Shown here piece by piece: positions 1 through 10,640 of a DNA stretch of 64,000 bases. This DNA comes from Dicyema japonicum (Eukaryota; Animalia; Dicyemida): contig RDEW01000079.1 of the NCBI GenBank assembly GCA_011109175.1, positions 1 to 64,000 on the forward strand, in the 5' to 3' direction. The position numbers and the translations under genes are program-made. A model generated the notes under the pieces. The model was not told the origin of the DNA. It worked only from the letters and a program-made list of their open reading frames with translations, and did not search any database. Every line of letters begins with the position of its first letter. Within the stretch, counting starts at the first letter, position 1.

Positions 1-320
1 GCCACAGGCGACCGCGATAATACTATTTGCTCACCTATTTTCATAAGTTAATTTTTTTATTTAAAAAAAGATGTAAAAATAAAAAAAATGATAAAATTGT
101 CCTATTTTTTTCTTACGATGTCCTAATTATACTATTTTGTTTTTAAAATGTCCCATTATTTTCGCCTACTAATCACGAATTTTCTCATAGAGGCTTAAAG
201 AAAAAATCCCTTCCACAAAGCATATCCTTCCAAAAAATATTCCTCTAATAATAATTTTATAAATTTATTTTAAAAATAATTCATAAATAAAAAAATCAAT
301 CTTCACAAATAGCAAATTCA

Positions 321-805
321 TTAATATTTAATGATATTTTTAACAAGGAAGGACAAAGAATCCTTCAAATTCGTTCTAAAATAAACAGCAAACAAAACCC
401 ATTGGCAGCACACCCAAGTTCAATTCTACAGTGCAGATCAACAGCACCAAGTTCCACAAGGCCATTCACAACATGTTCCTTCACCAAGCTCTCAGCCACC
501 TCGGAGTCCATAGATTCATCCATATTGCAGAATATCAACACAGGCTTGGTCCTCCTCCACTTCTCATCACATATATGGGGGTACACTTTACCCACTAAAA
601 ATCACTAAAAGAAACGAACCGAAATTCCTCATAGCAGAAAAAATCTTATCAGCAGAGGAAACATCCACAATGTAGAAAATCCCATCAGCTTCTTTATAGT
701 ACTAAAAATATTTTTTAATTTTTAAATTAATAAAAAATAAATACGTACGTTGAGCCACAGTTCTCGCACGTTTGTTTTACCACCAACGTCAATGAGCGAT
801 AACCA
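321..805 (-). CDS. Arf-like small GTPase, 3' exons (P-loop exon not found; apparent frameshift upstream of DVGG)
   Basis: Spliced translation LIDVGGKTNVRELWLN^YYKEADGIFYIVDVSS...F^VGKVYP...KPVLIFCN...CAANG^TNLKDSLSFLVKNIIKY*, matching Arf/Arl G3, IFVVD and G4/G5 regions. GT-AG introns 748-702 (47 nt), 619-595 (25 nt), 398-376 (23 nt); TAA at 323-321. Confidence 0.75.
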
Positions 806-899
806 TTATGAAAATTTTATCCTTTGAGCTTAGTGCTTCTATAATTCCAGAAACCAAGCTGAGCATCACATCAGACTAAAGATATATTAGCATATTTTT

Positions 900-1000
900 T
901 ATTTATTATTATTATTATTTATTTAATAACCCCGAAAAGGGAACACCAAGAAAGAAGGAGTAATCCAACTAATTAAGTGATCCCGGTACGCCTCAAGCAT
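900..1000 (-). mobile_element. 3' end of a non-LTR retrotransposon (Ingi/Vingi-like) with (TAA)n tail
   Basis: GAGGC..CGGGATCACTTAATTA...GGTGTT...GGGGTTA followed by (TAA)n; homologous to the element end at 21765-21840. Confidence 0.45.
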
Positions 1001-1644
1001 ATTTTTTAATTAATTTATTTTTATTTTTTTATTCGCTATTGCTTGTATGGTTTACTTTGGTAGGAGAATATTTTTAAGAGCTACCATGTTAACATTCCCA
1101 CGTTATAAATGGACATTATGATAATTTGAAATAAATTAAAATTACACATATTATTTATTTATTTAAAACTAAGAATCATCGACAAATAGACGGGAAAAAA
1201 CAAGGCAATCATGTGATGTTGTACTCCATAAACAACTATCTCACTTTTTCTCAGTTCCTGTCTCGGATCCGACGAATTTAATTAACAGTTGTATTGGAAA
1301 TTAATGATTTTCGAAGCAGTCGTAAATTATCATTCAAAAATGCGGAATACATGAAATTTTAACTGTTAAGGTCTTGTTTTTTTGGACCATTTTTAAGAGG
1401 TGATTAATTATTTTTTTAATAGATGTGAGGATGATACTTGAAGAATCAAATCATAGTTAAAGGATCTGTTGAATAGCAGAAGGTGAAGATTTTCCATTTC
1501 TCCTCACTGCAGATTTGTCCAAGTTACTCTCAATTTTGATAGGAGGATTTGAATTCAGACATTAATGCATCCACACTTACTTATTTCCGAAAGTTTGCGA
1601 ATCCCATGTCTCAAGAAGTGAATTTATTTTTTAATTAAGTATTG

Positions 1645-1930
1645 ATGTCTACGTTAATCTCACTAGTTGCTAAACGTAGTATATCGTTGATTTGCGAATC
1701 AGTCATCCTCGTTATTAGACAATTTTCTTACATAATTCTTTTAGGAGAATAATTTTACATAAAAATGTGCTTCCAAATATATAAGCATTTTTTAAGCATT
1801 GTCGATTAAATGTGGATATTTTTGACACTAACGAAATTTATGTAGAAGCTTAAAATATTCAATCCAGAAAAATATTTTGATTTAAGTCTTATTGAATTTC
1901 AAGTAATTCTTTATTCAAGTAATCACTCCG
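1645..1930 (-). mobile_element. hAT (SPIN/GTF2IRD2-like) transposase C-terminal remnant
   Basis: AYIFGSTFLC...RMTDSQINDILRLATSEINVDI resembles the hAT dimerisation-domain motif FGSTYxCE...RLTDxHL; stops present. Confidence 0.6.
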
Positions 1931-2127
1931 TGGAAAATTGTCAGGTTGTATTTCCGTCGTCAACTTTCTAGGAGCATTTTTGTAAATGAAAATTATTAAC
2001 AAAAATCTTTGGCAACCATTAAAAAAATAAATTNTCGCGAAAAGGCTTTATTATTATTATTTGATCTGTACGCTGTCGTCGAACAGTACGTGAAAGGGTT
2101 TCTTTTTTGGGTAGCGCACAAGCAGCA

Positions 2128-2420
2128 TCAATAGGGTATGTGCTTAAAAAATTTTGGATAACTGTGGATGAAGTTCGCTATCTTCTTTATCGTATTGACG
2201 GTTTTCAGCGCATGTAAACGTCCTACATTTGGTGGATGTTCGTGTGGTGTCATAGTTCCATTAAGTTCTTCGTTTACAGTTCTTACTCTGCCTTTGCATT
2301 TTTCTTTCACCTCACATCTCCAATATATGACATTGTCTCTGTCTATCCATAATGTGCGCATAGCCATCATGCAAAAGTTTTCTCTTTTCACGAGTGGTTT
2401 GTGAAAATTCCATTTTTACT
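2128..2420 (-). mobile_element. FLYWCH zinc-finger N-terminus of a MULE-type transposase, truncated
   Basis: KRKLLHDGY...NVIYWRCEVKEKCKGRVRT...HEHPP is a FLYWCH pattern; frameshifted, no DDE domain follows. Confidence 0.65.
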
Positions 2421-2982
2421 GTTATTAAAATACATAGTGTATTTCTTGATCATTTATGCTTAATTAAATTGTCGGTTAAATGTCTTAGTACCCTTTTCTA
2501 TCAAGTTTATAATTGCAATTTTCAACGTCAGAGAACTTCCGGCCACCTCGATGAACTTCGAAGACGTGCGAGGAGGTACATGGAGAATATTGGTAGNCAT
2601 AGCCATCATGCAAAAGTTTTCTCTTTTCACGAGTGGTTTGTGAAAATTCCATTTTTACTGTTATTAAAATAATAGTGTATTTCTTGATCATTTATGCTTA
2701 ATTGAATTGTTGGCCTAATGTCTTAGTACCCTTTTCTATCAAGTTTATAATTGCAATTTTCAACGTCAGAGAACTTCTGGCCACCTCGATTAACTTCGAA
2801 GACGTGTGAGGAGGTACATGGAGAATATTGGTAGAACAGATATGCTTCAGAAAGTTATGGAATCGCTGGAACGCAGCAGGATCAAAGAGTTATTTAGTTT
2901 GGTTTTACTTTGGAATAATTTTATTTAAAAAATAAAATATTTATTTCTATGGCGGGAAAAATTTTAAATTCTTGTTATCAAA

Positions 2983-3846
2983 ATGTCAAATATTTGGGAC
3001 AGAATATCTCCTTCTTTACCAAACCATTTGGTGGAAAAAATTGAATCTCTAGTGGGTTTATACTTATTTGATCAGTGCAAGGACCTAACTGAAGAGGTCT
3101 CATTTATACTTATTCTAGTTAAACGGATACAAGGAAATCTTCCTTGGTCAGTCCTACGTGGATATTTTATGGCCTGATCAGGAAAATGTCGAAAATTTAA
3201 AGACCGATATTCTCCACTTGAATGACGACCTTTCCTTCCATGGAATTGGGTTGGAGGCTGTCGGAATTTTAGATTCTACATGTACCTTCAGCAAAAACAC
3301 GTGGCAATCATTGAGTCCCTTTTAATAGCACGTGGTAGTGATTTTTGTTATGCAGAAACTAAACGACACAACTCAGAATGGCTCAAATTCTACGAAAACC
3401 TTGAAAATGACAGGAACAAGTAAAAATTAGGCAAACTTAAGAATGGTCTGTGAAAGCTGCGAGATTGCCCTCAGTAAAACAGTCGATCCTTCTAACCATG
3501 TGGAACTTATTCGGTATCCTGTGGGTTCATTTTAAAGAGATTTGCTGATAAACGAGCTGAAATACTTGCAAAATGAAATCCGTGAAATCAACGACTTTTT
3601 GCTTGTGTTTTCACGGCCACTCGAAGCCGATGTTTCTTCGGAAACTCCCATCAGAGGTTGATCCTCGAGTTATCCTAGACCTGTTGGAACTCCGACAGAC
3701 CTTGGAGACAGTAAAAAAGTAAGTAATGGTGTAATTGAAGAAATTGTCACGTGGTTAGTACTGTCCCTGTTTACTACTATGGTGGTAGTCTAGGGGGACA
3801 TTCTAATGTTAATGGGGAATATTTAAAAAACCATAAATTTAAATAA
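2983..3846 (+). CDS. Hypothetical protein, about 242 aa, 7 exons (may extend 5')
   Basis: Removing six GT-AG introns (3097-3118, 3250-3272, 3420-3441, 3514-3537, 3657-3678, 3719-3740; 22-24 nt) gives a 729-nt open frame from ATG 2983 to TAA 3846. Confidence 0.7.
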
Positions 3847-4075
3847 AATTATTATTAATATATCCTTACTGACCCACGTGACCTTTATTAGAGAGATTTA
3901 TTTTTAAGTTGATCCTGACAATCTGGCCGTCGCTGTGCCCTTCCTGCCCCTTCTCCTTCCTGTCGCATCAGATCTAACTGACTGATCTCTGTGACCGCAC
4001 TGACCAGGACAAAGCGGTCGGTCTTTATAAGTATTTGTAACCATTATTATAGGTAATAATTATATCCCAAGCTAT

Positions 4076-4681
4076 ATGAAGCCATCCGCACAATGCGAAG
4101 TTTGTGGTGACTTTGCAATTGAGCTGCACTATAAGATCATGACTTGTGAGGGCTGTAAAGTACTGATTTTTTCTCAGGGTTAGGGCTTCTTCCGTCAGAC
4201 TATTCAACGTAATTCCACCTATGTTTGCAAAGATGACTTCAAATTTGTGATAAACAAGGAAAGTAGGAACAAATGCCAGGCTTGCAGATTCAAAAGATGT
4301 GTCCAAGTGGGGATGAATAGCAAATGTGAGCGATTCGGTTATTTTAGGCGTTCTCGCGGAATACCAGAGAACGGAAAAACGAAAACTTATCGAGAACCGA
4401 CAAAGACGGAACCAAATGCAAAACGGAGACCACAAAACCGACCAGCGGAATACCAGAGAACGGAAAAACGAAAACTTATCGAGAACCGACAAAGACGGAA
4501 CCAAATGCAAAACGGAGACCACAAAACCGACCAAGTCAGATTTTACGAATGGGAGATAAACATCTTAAAGTTCATAAGTCACGGATACGATAACTTTATT
4601 GCCCCCATATTTGATTCGTTCTTTTCTTTTTTGTTTGTGAATGGTAGAAGACAATATAGTCCCGCCGTGATGAATCACTGA
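4076..4681 (+). CDS. Nuclear receptor, thyroid-hormone-receptor-like (NR1A-like) DNA-binding domain and hinge; LBD not resolved
   Basis: [18 protein letters not shown]^[10 protein letters not shown]...[19 protein letters not shown]^[22 protein letters not shown]-box CEGCKG, GFFRxTIQxN and KRKLIExxR are TR-like. Introns 4160-4183 (24 nt) and 4326-4347 (22 nt). Confidence 0.85.
4356..4533. repeat. Exact 89-bp tandem duplication inside the receptor hinge exon (frameshifting)
   Basis: 4356-4444 is repeated at 4445-4533. Confidence 0.9.
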
Positions 4682-4919
4682 CGGAGACGTACTCGTCAAG
4701 TCAGAAGCCTTGTAGATGTGTGGAATTCACAACTGAATGGACAGCAGCGAGATTAGAACCAGAAATCATCTGGATTTTAGTCCAAAACTTAATCCTCGAA
4801 TTAAGAGCTTTTCAGGATCTTCTGCATGTAAAGGCCATAAGATCCAAAAATGTATTAGTCATTGCAGCATAGATTATTATTTAAGCCAAAGAAACACCGT
4901 CTTAACCAATAACTAATAT

Positions 4920-5690
4920 TCAGGTGATCCCTGCATCTCTCAATAATCGAGCCATTTTTTCTCGATGCTCCGACCGTGATCCCACGCATTTTCTATACGG
5001 ACGGAAGTCGTTTTCCTTTCCTCTTCTGAAATTGCCTCCAGTTTCCTCTATGATAGACTCGAGTGTTGTGGGGGAAATTTCTTTATCTGTATATNATATT
5101 CAGGTGATCCTGGCATCTCTCAATAATCGGGCCATTTTTTCTCGATGCTCCGACCGTGATCCCACGCATTTTCTATACGGACGGGGGTCTTTTTCCTTTC
5201 CTCTTCTGAAATTGCCTCCAGTTGCCTCTATGATAGACTCGAGTGCTCTGGGGGCAATTTCTTTATCTGTATATTTTTCCAGTAATTTTATTGCTCTTGA
5301 CTGGATCTCTTGAATTTTTGTTAGGTTCGTTGCCGACAGGTTAGATCCCCATGCAGCACATGCATAGCCTATTGTTGGCTCGACATACTGCTTGTAGAGG
5401 GTCCCGATACCTGGCGGATAAATTCCTCCACAGTTCCAAAGGAAGGCCTTTACAAAATTGATCTTCTTTGCACAGGTTGATTTGATAGATTCCACATGGG
5501 GTGAGAAGCAGAGGAAAGTATCAAAAGTTACTCCCAGTATTTTCTGAGATTTCTTTTGTGGTATAGGTACTCCATTTAACGTGACATCAATTGTTTGCGT
5601 TCCCATCTTTCTATTCTTAGTAAATAGAGTGACTGCTGACTTTTCGGAACTTGTAATGGAAATAGAGATGTTTGTTTGAGATGTGCTTTG
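4920..5690 (-). mobile_element. Ingi/Vingi- or jockey-like LINE, RT C-terminal fragment
   Basis: DVTLNGVPIP...KILGVTFD..L.FSPHVE...LYKQYVEPTIGYACAAW...IQEIQSRAIK. Confidence 0.75.
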
Positions 5691-5699
5691 GCCAGGAAA

Positions 5700-6290
5700 T
5701 TCTTAAAATTTATCTGAGCTGCATTCTATGAAAGGAGTTCAGACTTTCTATTTTAGGCATTGTGAGTGCCCAGGTAGAAGAGTTGTATAGTAAAACCGGT
5801 TTTACGAACATATTGTATAAGGAGTTCAGACTTTCTATTTCAGGCGTTGTGAGTGCCCAGGTAGAAGAGTTGTATAGTAAAACCGGTTTTACGAACATAT
5901 TGTATAATTTGATTTTTAAAGAGGCAGAAAGTTGTTTGACTCGTAACTATACGTTTTTTAGTCTTTTAAGAGCGAAAGCTGCTGTGATTTTTTCTTAGTA
6001 TGTCTTCTGTATCTCCTAAGAGAGTGGCAAGTTTCTTCGTATGCCTCCATTTTTCCTCGTGTCGTTGTTCGCATCGTTTTACTATATCTAATTTTTAGGA
6101 ATGATTTTTTATTTTTTGGCCAATTTGTTGATAATACTTTCTAATTGGAGATCTACGTCATTTGCAAAGATGACTTCCGTTATATGTCTGGGGATATTAT
6201 TCCTACTATCTCGTAGGGTCGCCTCCAGATATGCGATGAATAAGACCGGGGATAGGGCGTCTCCTCGGGTGGGTTGTTTGTCTCGAATAC
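5700..6290 (-). mobile_element. RTE-clade RT fragment with in-frame 87-bp internal tandem duplication
   Basis: PTRGDALSPVLFIAYLE...VIFANDVDL and FVKPVLLYNSSTWAL..SFHRMQLR, as in the 12.1-15.6 kb element; 5732-5818 repeated at 5819-5905. Confidence 0.75.
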
Positions 6291-6957
6291 TNNNNNNNNN
6301 NNNNNNNNNNNNNNNNNNNNNNNNNNNNNNNNNNNNNNNNNNNNNNNNNNNNNNNNNNNNNNNNNNNNNNNNNNNNNNNNNNNNNNNNNNNNNNNNNNNN
6401 NNNNNNNNNNNNNNNNNNNNNNNNNNNNNNNNNNNNNNNNNNNNNNNNNNNNNNNNNNNNNNNNNNNNNNNNNNNNNNNNNNNNNNNNNNNNNNNNNNNN
6501 NNNNNNNNNNNNNNNNNNNNNNNNNNNNNNNNNNNNNNNNNNNNNNNNNNNNNNNNNNNNNNNNNNNNNNNNNNNNNNNNNNNNNNNNNNNNNNNNNNNN
6601 NNNNNNNNNNNNNNNNNNNNNNNNNNNNNNNNNNNNNNNNNNNNNNNNNNNNNNNNNNNNNNNNNNNNNNNNNNNNNNNNNNNNNNNNNNNNNNNNNNNN
6701 NNNNNNNNNNNNNNNNNNNNNNNNNNNNNNNNNNNNNNNNNNNNNNNNNNNNNNNNNNNNNNNNNNNNNNNNNNNNNNNNNNNNNNNNNNNNNNNNNNNN
6801 NNNNNNNNNNNNNNNNNNNNNNNNNNNNNNNNNNNNNNNNNNNNNNNNNNNNNNNNNNNNNNNNNNNNNNNNNNNNNNNNNNNNNNNNNNNNNNNNNNNN
6901 NNNNNNNNNNNNNNNNNNNNNNNNNNNNNNNNNNNNNNNNNNNNNNNNNNNNNNNNN

Positions 6958-7195
6958 CGGCAATCTTTCCTCTGATCCCGTTTATGTTTAAGCTTTGGAT
7001 TGTTAACTTCTTTGGGCCTGGGTTTTGTTCCACGTCTCCTGAGGTCAACAGTCTCAATCGATAGAATGTTCCAACAGTGAGAGAATGCCGTCCAGTGGGA
7101 AGTCCTCTAGTTGGTAGAGAGCAAATGGTTCTTTTTAGATATAGTTTAGGACTATATCCGACGCCACCAGAAACGGTGAACCACATGACGCACGC
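6958..7195 (-). mobile_element. 5' end of an APE-type (Ingi/Vingi-like) LINE: short leader, 2A-like peptide, start of APE
   Basis: MWFTVSGG...RLRLLTSGDVEQNPGP-KKLTIQSLNINGIRGK. DVEQNPGP is at 7036-7013 and is followed by the APE N-terminal motif LNxNG. Runs into an N-gap. Confidence 0.85.
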
Positions 7196-7687
7196 TAAAA
7201 ATTAATCTAACCACCATATTGATGAAGGACATGTTGAGGGGAGGTTTACGATTTTTCTGCTATCCTTAAAAATTTTAGTTATGAAGAGGAAACAAAAACC
7301 CGATCTTTGTTTTAGACAACAATGGGTATTAAAGAATTGATTGAATATTAAATTTTCGTGTTCTATGTTTACCCCGTTAATCGCCATTTCTCAATCCAAT
7401 TGAAAATGTATTCAACACGTGGAAAACTATTCTTCTAGAAAATAAAAAAAATTATAAAAAATTCAAAAGTATTATCCAAAAATGAACACGACTAATAATT
7501 AAAACCCTAAGCCATAAAAACAAATTTATTCTAGTTTTCCAAAAACGTAACCCCATCAAGAACAGGCTGTTGAAGCACCTCCATGGAATAATTATGTGAA
7601 GTGGGAGAAGCTAATTAACCTTTCTGATGAAATCTAGCACTGTGACTACATACCGCCACCGCTAATAAAGAAAAAACAAGTCAAATA

Positions 7688-7755
7688 AACCTCGGGCCAC
7701 AGGAGGAATCGAACCCATCGTTGTATAAAGACATCCTAACCACCAAACAATCACC
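7688..7755 (-). repeat. Degenerate tRNA-derived (SINE-head-like) sequence
   Basis: A-box-like TGGTGGTTAGG and B-box GGGTTCGATTCC, but no intact anticodon arm. Confidence 0.3.
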
Positions 7756-8105
7756 TTCAGTAAACTACTCTTTATTTACAACACCACTCTGTCCACGTGT
7801 TAATAATATAAGCAAAATTAATAATTAAAAACACGAAATAATTATAAAGTATAAAAATTAATAACAGAGTCAGCTCCACCACTAACAACCAGTCCCCCAG
7901 AAGTGCACTCCACATCAAATACCTTATCTTCGTGTCCATTCATATTATAAAGAGCATTCCCTGGCCTAGCATAAACATTCACATTAACATTCTAATATCC
8001 CACAACTTCACAACACCATCATATCCACCACTCACAAACATTTCATCCCCCACCCATTCCACAGCACCAACCCAGTTGGAATGTCCACGAAACACTCCNA
8101 AATAA

Positions 8106-9371
8106 TTATAAAGTATAAAAATTAATAACAGAGTCAGCTCCACCACTAACAACCAGTCCCCCAGAAGTGCACTCCACATCAAATACCTTATCTTCGTGTC
8201 CATTCATATTATAAAGAGCATTCCCTGGCCTAGCATAAACATTCACATAAACATTCTAATATCCCACAACTTCACAACACCATCATATCCACCACTCACA
8301 AACATTTCATCCCCCACCCATTCCACAGCACCAACCCAGTTGGAATGTCCACGAAACACTCCCTGGGTCACCGCTCTGTCACGGAAGTCATGTAAGCGCA
8401 CGTGGCAGTCTGTACTTCCTGACAAGCACGTCCGGTTCTGCTTCGAGAAAGACACACGCAAAATGCAATCCGAAAGGCTCTAAAATTCAGCAAAAACAAC
8501 ACCAGAGATTCCGTTTCAGTGTTTTTACTAACATCCCATATCTTTATTGTCAAGTCATGAGAGCACGTGCAAACAGACTCACTAGAAGCCCATGCAGCAC
8601 ACGTGGGTCGTAGTTTGCCAATAGAAAAAGAGGATATCTCCCTGTAAAACCCGCACGTGTGATCCCCATCGACTTCCCATATTTTGAGAACATTGTCCCC
8701 ACCAGCACTGAGGAATTTATCCTTAAAATAATCAAGAGACTGAATCGGCTTTGAATGGGCATCATATTTCTCAAGTTCCGTGATTCCTCCTTCGCGGAAT
8801 TCACACAAACTGATCTTTCCATCATAGTGTCCCGCCATTAATCGACCGTACTCGTCAACACAAAGTCCAGAAATCGGAAAAGTGGCCAATCGGATCGAGG
8901 AAAAAGCACGTGATTCGCCGAGACTCTCAGTTTTGTACAAGGAAACGGTCCCGTCGAAAGCGGAAACTAAAATACTTGAATAAGTCGACGGAAACTCGTC
9001 TTTATAGCTTCTAATCCTGCAAATCCAGTCATCTTGTAGGAGAGATTTGAACAACTTTGGAGGAGAGACCAATTTGATATATTCAATGGGAATGGGGATT
9101 TCCTGATATAAAAACAAATATGACTGTATTCAGGTGATTTGAGACTGCAAAATCACCTATGTTGATTTTAACAGATTTTCCGAGGCATAAATATTCAAAT
9201 TGTGTGTGCTCTAGGTTCAGGATATTGCTGATTATTTTATCAAACTCGTTTGGAGTCCATACGCGATTGAGAGAGACTGGAATCTCTCCAATGTTCCATC
9301 TAATAATTTATTTGATATTTATACTTTTCTTCCTTGGTAAAAAATCTTGCTTGTAGCATACCACCTGACAT
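8106..9371 (-). CDS. WDR12: Ribosome biogenesis WD40 protein WDR12/YTM1, about 390 aa
   Basis: NLE-like N-terminus LQARFFTKEEK^W...; DDWICRI; LSGSTDCHVRLHD; SGGYDGVVKLWDIR; HEDKVFDVE..LVVSGGAD. Introns 9324-9300, 9124-9103, 8502-8480, 8252-8230 (25/22/23/23 nt) give an open 1173-nt frame. Confidence 0.92.
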
Positions 9372-10299
9372 TTCACGTTATTTTTAAATTTATAAAACAT
9401 TTTATTAAATTGTAATTTAATTATCGTTGTATTATTTATTTATTTTTAAGATAGTTTATTTATTTGAAGTCCCTCTATAGGAATTTTAATTTTAGTGCAT
9501 AGCTATATAATCTGGATATGCAGTCCACGGGAGGGAAGAAGTATTTCTTTATGATCGCCTTCAATACATTCAACTTCCGGAATTCATTGGTTACGACTTC
9601 TTCAGTGTGATGAGAGAAGGTCTTTAGTAAGTAAGCAGTAAGTAAATCAAAAAGTGAAAAGTTGTAACGAGAGTAATTTTAGATTGAGCTGTCAGTTAAA
9701 TTATGTTGATTCATTTTCGAACAATTATTGCTAATAAATAAAACCCTGGAATAAACCCCTATGGACCACATAATACCCAAATTATATAGATTGGTAATTT
9801 ATGTTCCAACACTTCTGTTTCTATTAAGATAGGAGTTTGAACAATGATGTCTTCTGAGTGTAACCGACATCCCAGTCTCTCGAGAAAGACAGTTACTTTC
9901 TGCTATGCTCCACAATTGCACGGAACGTGAATAGAGCTCTTTGTATATCTCAACTTTAGACCTCTTTGGCTTTTCCGCATTGGATAATGCGTTTTCCGCA
10001 CTCCGATAATATTTGTATGAGAAAGGGAGTCAAGTGAGTCAACATATGTGATATTGTAGGATTTAATCGGCTATTGAGGCTGATGTTATGTAAAGTAATA
10101 GAACGTTCACAAATTAATTCCTTGTTCCTCCTCTATTGTAACTAGTTTTCCCAATTTTGTGACAAAGTTTTAACGTGAATCACATGTTTGCAGAGAAAAC
10201 TGCTCACAACTGTAACAAACCTATCTTCGAAGGACCTTTTATACAATTTCTTAGAAGGAGTTTATTTTCTTTAGGTTGATATAGGATAGGTTAGTACCC

Positions 10300-10640
10300 C
10301 ATGCCGCACAGCAGTAGATGGAGAGTATTGTTATTCCATTAAGACTCAATAAAGGTGCCGAGTTTGTCAGTCTTCTGTTGGAAGTAAAAATCATGAAGCA
10401 CGACTTTTCAGGACTTGTGTGAAATAGGTTCCTCGTAAGCCAGCAGTTTAGGGGGTTGTTCAGTAACTTTTTTAAACGGATTCCCGCCGTGTGGATACAC
10501 TGGTCTCTTTTTTCCAGGATTAGTCGTCAGCATAAGCGAGGAACAGATTATCGTTGCTGCTGTGGGAAGGCATGCAGTTCATAAAGAGGTTGAAGAGAAT
10601 ATGTAATAATAGTGGTTGTCAAGGACTGAATGTCGCTAAT
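10300..10640 (-). mobile_element. Decayed LINE RT fragment
   Basis: LFNLFMN...LFLAYADD...SPEKSCFMIFTSNRR. Confidence 0.6.

Noticed and set aside
2359-2834. 239-bp tandem duplication around a single n (similar cases at 4918-5272, 7838-8362, 10948-11521, and 13122-13475 around a short gap)
   Set aside because: Each pair flanks an n or short gap and differs by a few SNPs, the signature of overlapping contig ends or haplotypes, not biological repeats.
6101-6991. Long X-filled ORFs (also 26241-26819 and 34052-35080)
   Set aside because: Artefacts of translating across N-gaps.
7688-7755. Functional tRNA gene
   Set aside because: A and B boxes are present but no cloverleaf or anticodon stem can be formed.
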